32,000 nucleotides of DNA. Origin: Mycoplasmoides genitalium G37. GTDB taxonomy: Bacteria; Bacillota_I; Bacilli_A; Mycoplasmatales; Mycoplasmoidaceae. A program made the translations under genes and the position numbers. Under the pieces are notes generated by a model. That model was given only the letters and a program-made list of their open reading frames with translations, had not been told where the DNA came from and searched no databases. The DNA is taken from NCBI RefSeq assembly GCF_000027325.1, contig NC_000908.2, positions 450,001 through 482,000 on the forward strand, read 5' to 3'. This document shows, piece after piece, positions 30,316-32,000 of this stretch (positions are counted from its first letter, which is position 1; each line of letters begins with the position of its first letter).

Positions 30316-30690
30316 ATTTCTTTACTAGAAACTATCATATGAATCTTCAATAAGACTCTAATAAAAGTTTAGATGATTTTTAACTTTTTTATTGTATTCA
30401 TGCAATAAAAATTAATTTAAATAAAAGAAATTTATTAAAAAATCCTTAAAGCACAAATATCAATAATTTCCTTTTCTATTGATTCTTAACTATTTTTAAA
30501 AAAATAGTCAATTTATTTAGTCACAAAAACCTTAGTTAAAAATAAATTTAAGTTGCAATTGGATTGAACATATTATTTAAACTTTCTTTTAAATTAAGTG
30601 TTTTAAAAGTTGATTTTTAATAAATTAATTAACAAAATAAGATAAATAGTTAAAAACTCAATAATAAACGCTTTAAAATATTTCACTTTG

Positions 30691-31332
30691 ATGGATGAAA
30701 AAGGGATTTTAGTTGCAATTAGTGGTGGTAGTTGCTCAGGAAAAACTACTGTTGCTGAAATGATTTATCAACTTTTAAGTAAAAAATTAAAAGTTGCGAT
30801 CATCTGTCAAGATAACTATTACAAGTCCTATAAAAATAAGCCATTATTAAAAAGAAAAACAATAAACTTTGATCATCCTGATGCTTTTGATTGAAAACTT
30901 TTAAGATCACACATTGAAGATCTTCTAAACGGTAGTATAGTTAATGTTCCTTTATATGACTACATTAACTATACCAGAGCTAAAAAAACAGCAAAAATTG
31001 GTCCAATTGATGTTGTTATTCTAGAGGGTTTAATGCCATGATTTGATGAAAAATTATCAAGACTTTCTAAGCTAAAAATATTTATAGAAACAAATGGGGA
31101 AGAACGTTTAATTAGAAGAATAGAAAGAGACTGACAAAGGGGAAGAAATATTGATTCTATTATTAAACAGTGACGCGAAATAGTAGCACCAATGTATGAA
31201 ATATTTGTAGAAAAAATGAAGCGAAATGCTGATTTAATTCTGCCTTGAAGTCAACGCAGAGAAGTAAGTACAAGTGTATTGGATGTCGCAATTGAACACT
31301 TATTTCACAAAACTGTTGAAAAAAATAATTAG
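30691..31332 (+). CDS. udk: Uridine kinase (213 aa)
   Basis: The ATG at 30691 is preferred; the track start at 30688 is the preceding TTG. The ORF extends through five TGA to the TAG at 31330-31332, and I read every codon. The translation has the P-loop ISGGSCSGKTT, FDHPDAFDW and IERDWQRGR. Confidence 0.92.
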
Positions 31333-32000
31333 TTCTGGAAATTATAGAGATGTTTAAATTTCAAAGGTGAATTATGTTTATGCTCTGCTTTTGCTTTCAA
31401 ATCTAAAACAATTTTTTGCTTTTCTGAACTAAGTATTAAATCACCTTTTAAATATTGATCAAGTTCCTTATAAGTAATGCCCATCTCTGTCTCATCAGTT
31501 TGCCCTTCAAAAAGACTAGCAGTTGGCGCTCTTGTGATTACAATTTCAGGAATATTAAAATGCTTAGCTAATTTGTAAACGTCCTCTTTTAAAAGCCATG
31601 CTAAAGGAGCAATATCACAAGCTCCATCTCCTCATTTTGTGAAATAACCAAGTGTATACTCTACAAAATTACCAGTACCTAAAACTAAGAAGTTGTGTTT
31701 TTGAGCATAAGCATATAAAGTTATCATCCGTAAACGTGCTTTAATGTTACCAGCTGTTAAAAAATCTTTTTTTGGATCTATTCCAAGGGTTTTTACTAAC
31801 AGATTGAAACTCTCTTCCAGTTCAATGTTAATACTATTAAATTGCATTTTTTTAACAAGTTCACTAGTTGCTTGAAAATCAAGTTTTGAATTATTAATAT
31901 GCATTATTAAAGCTAAATGGTTTTCAAAACCAAAAGTTTCTTTAGCAATAGCAGCAACAACTGCTGAATCAATTCCTCCAGATAAGCCAAAAATAACACC
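31329..32000 (-). CDS. nadE: NH3-dependent NAD+ synthetase, C-terminal about 223 aa (5' end lies outside the window)
   Basis: The frame of track ORF 31632..31904 is open to the window edge and extends downstream through a TGA at 31632 to the TAA at 31329-31331; I read every codon. The translation has the PP-loop GLSGGIDSAVVA at the window edge and ...GTGNFVEYTLGYFTKW.... Confidence 0.88.

Overview
The window reads as a core-genome segment of a Mollicute that uses translation table 4 (UGA = Trp). From memory, not from a search, gene order, protein lengths and the low G+C content match Mycoplasma (Mycoplasmoides) genitalium, roughly loci MG351 to MG383. The supplied ORF track was evidently built with UGA as a stop and with alternative start codons. 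Most real genes therefore appear as two to five in-frame fragments, and two genes are missing from the track: rpmF and a 104-aa OB-fold protein. I rejoined fragments by checking codon phase and reading across the junctions. I accepted a join only where the interrupting codons were TGA and there was no in-frame TAA or TAG. This gives 35 CDS and one tRNA-Arg(UCU), packed with many start/stop overlaps. In order they are: ppa (3' end), recU, an HU-like protein, a hypothetical, clpB with a perfect CIRCE operator upstream, a choline-kinase-like kinase, ackA, two small hypotheticals, ruvA, ruvB, a Y-family polymerase, rplJ, rplL, rpmF, rpsT, a membrane-anchored lysine-rich protein, fmt, a 667-aa DUF2779-like protein, rnc, plsX, a FakA/Dak2-like protein, an RluA-family pseudouridine synthase, a DHH/NrnA phosphoesterase, thiI, a YqaJ/lambda-exonuclease-like nuclease, a degenerate HAD-like protein, thrS, an SSB-like OB-fold protein, a trigger-factor-C-domain-like protein, argS, mnmG, rsmG, a hypothetical, tRNA-Arg, udk and nadE (3' part). 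I see no CRISPR array, IS element or transposase, rRNA, prophage block, MgPa-type repeat or recognisable defence system. The most interesting material is a set of uncharacterised nucleic-acid-related genes embedded in housekeeping operons. These are a predicted dual-nuclease fusion, an orphan lambda-exo-like nuclease, a second SSB-like protein and a small ORF abutting ruvA. ThrRS also has a visibly degenerate editing domain, and the divergent and convergent gene junctions are extremely compact. All function calls rest on motifs I read directly plus recalled family knowledge. No database search was run.
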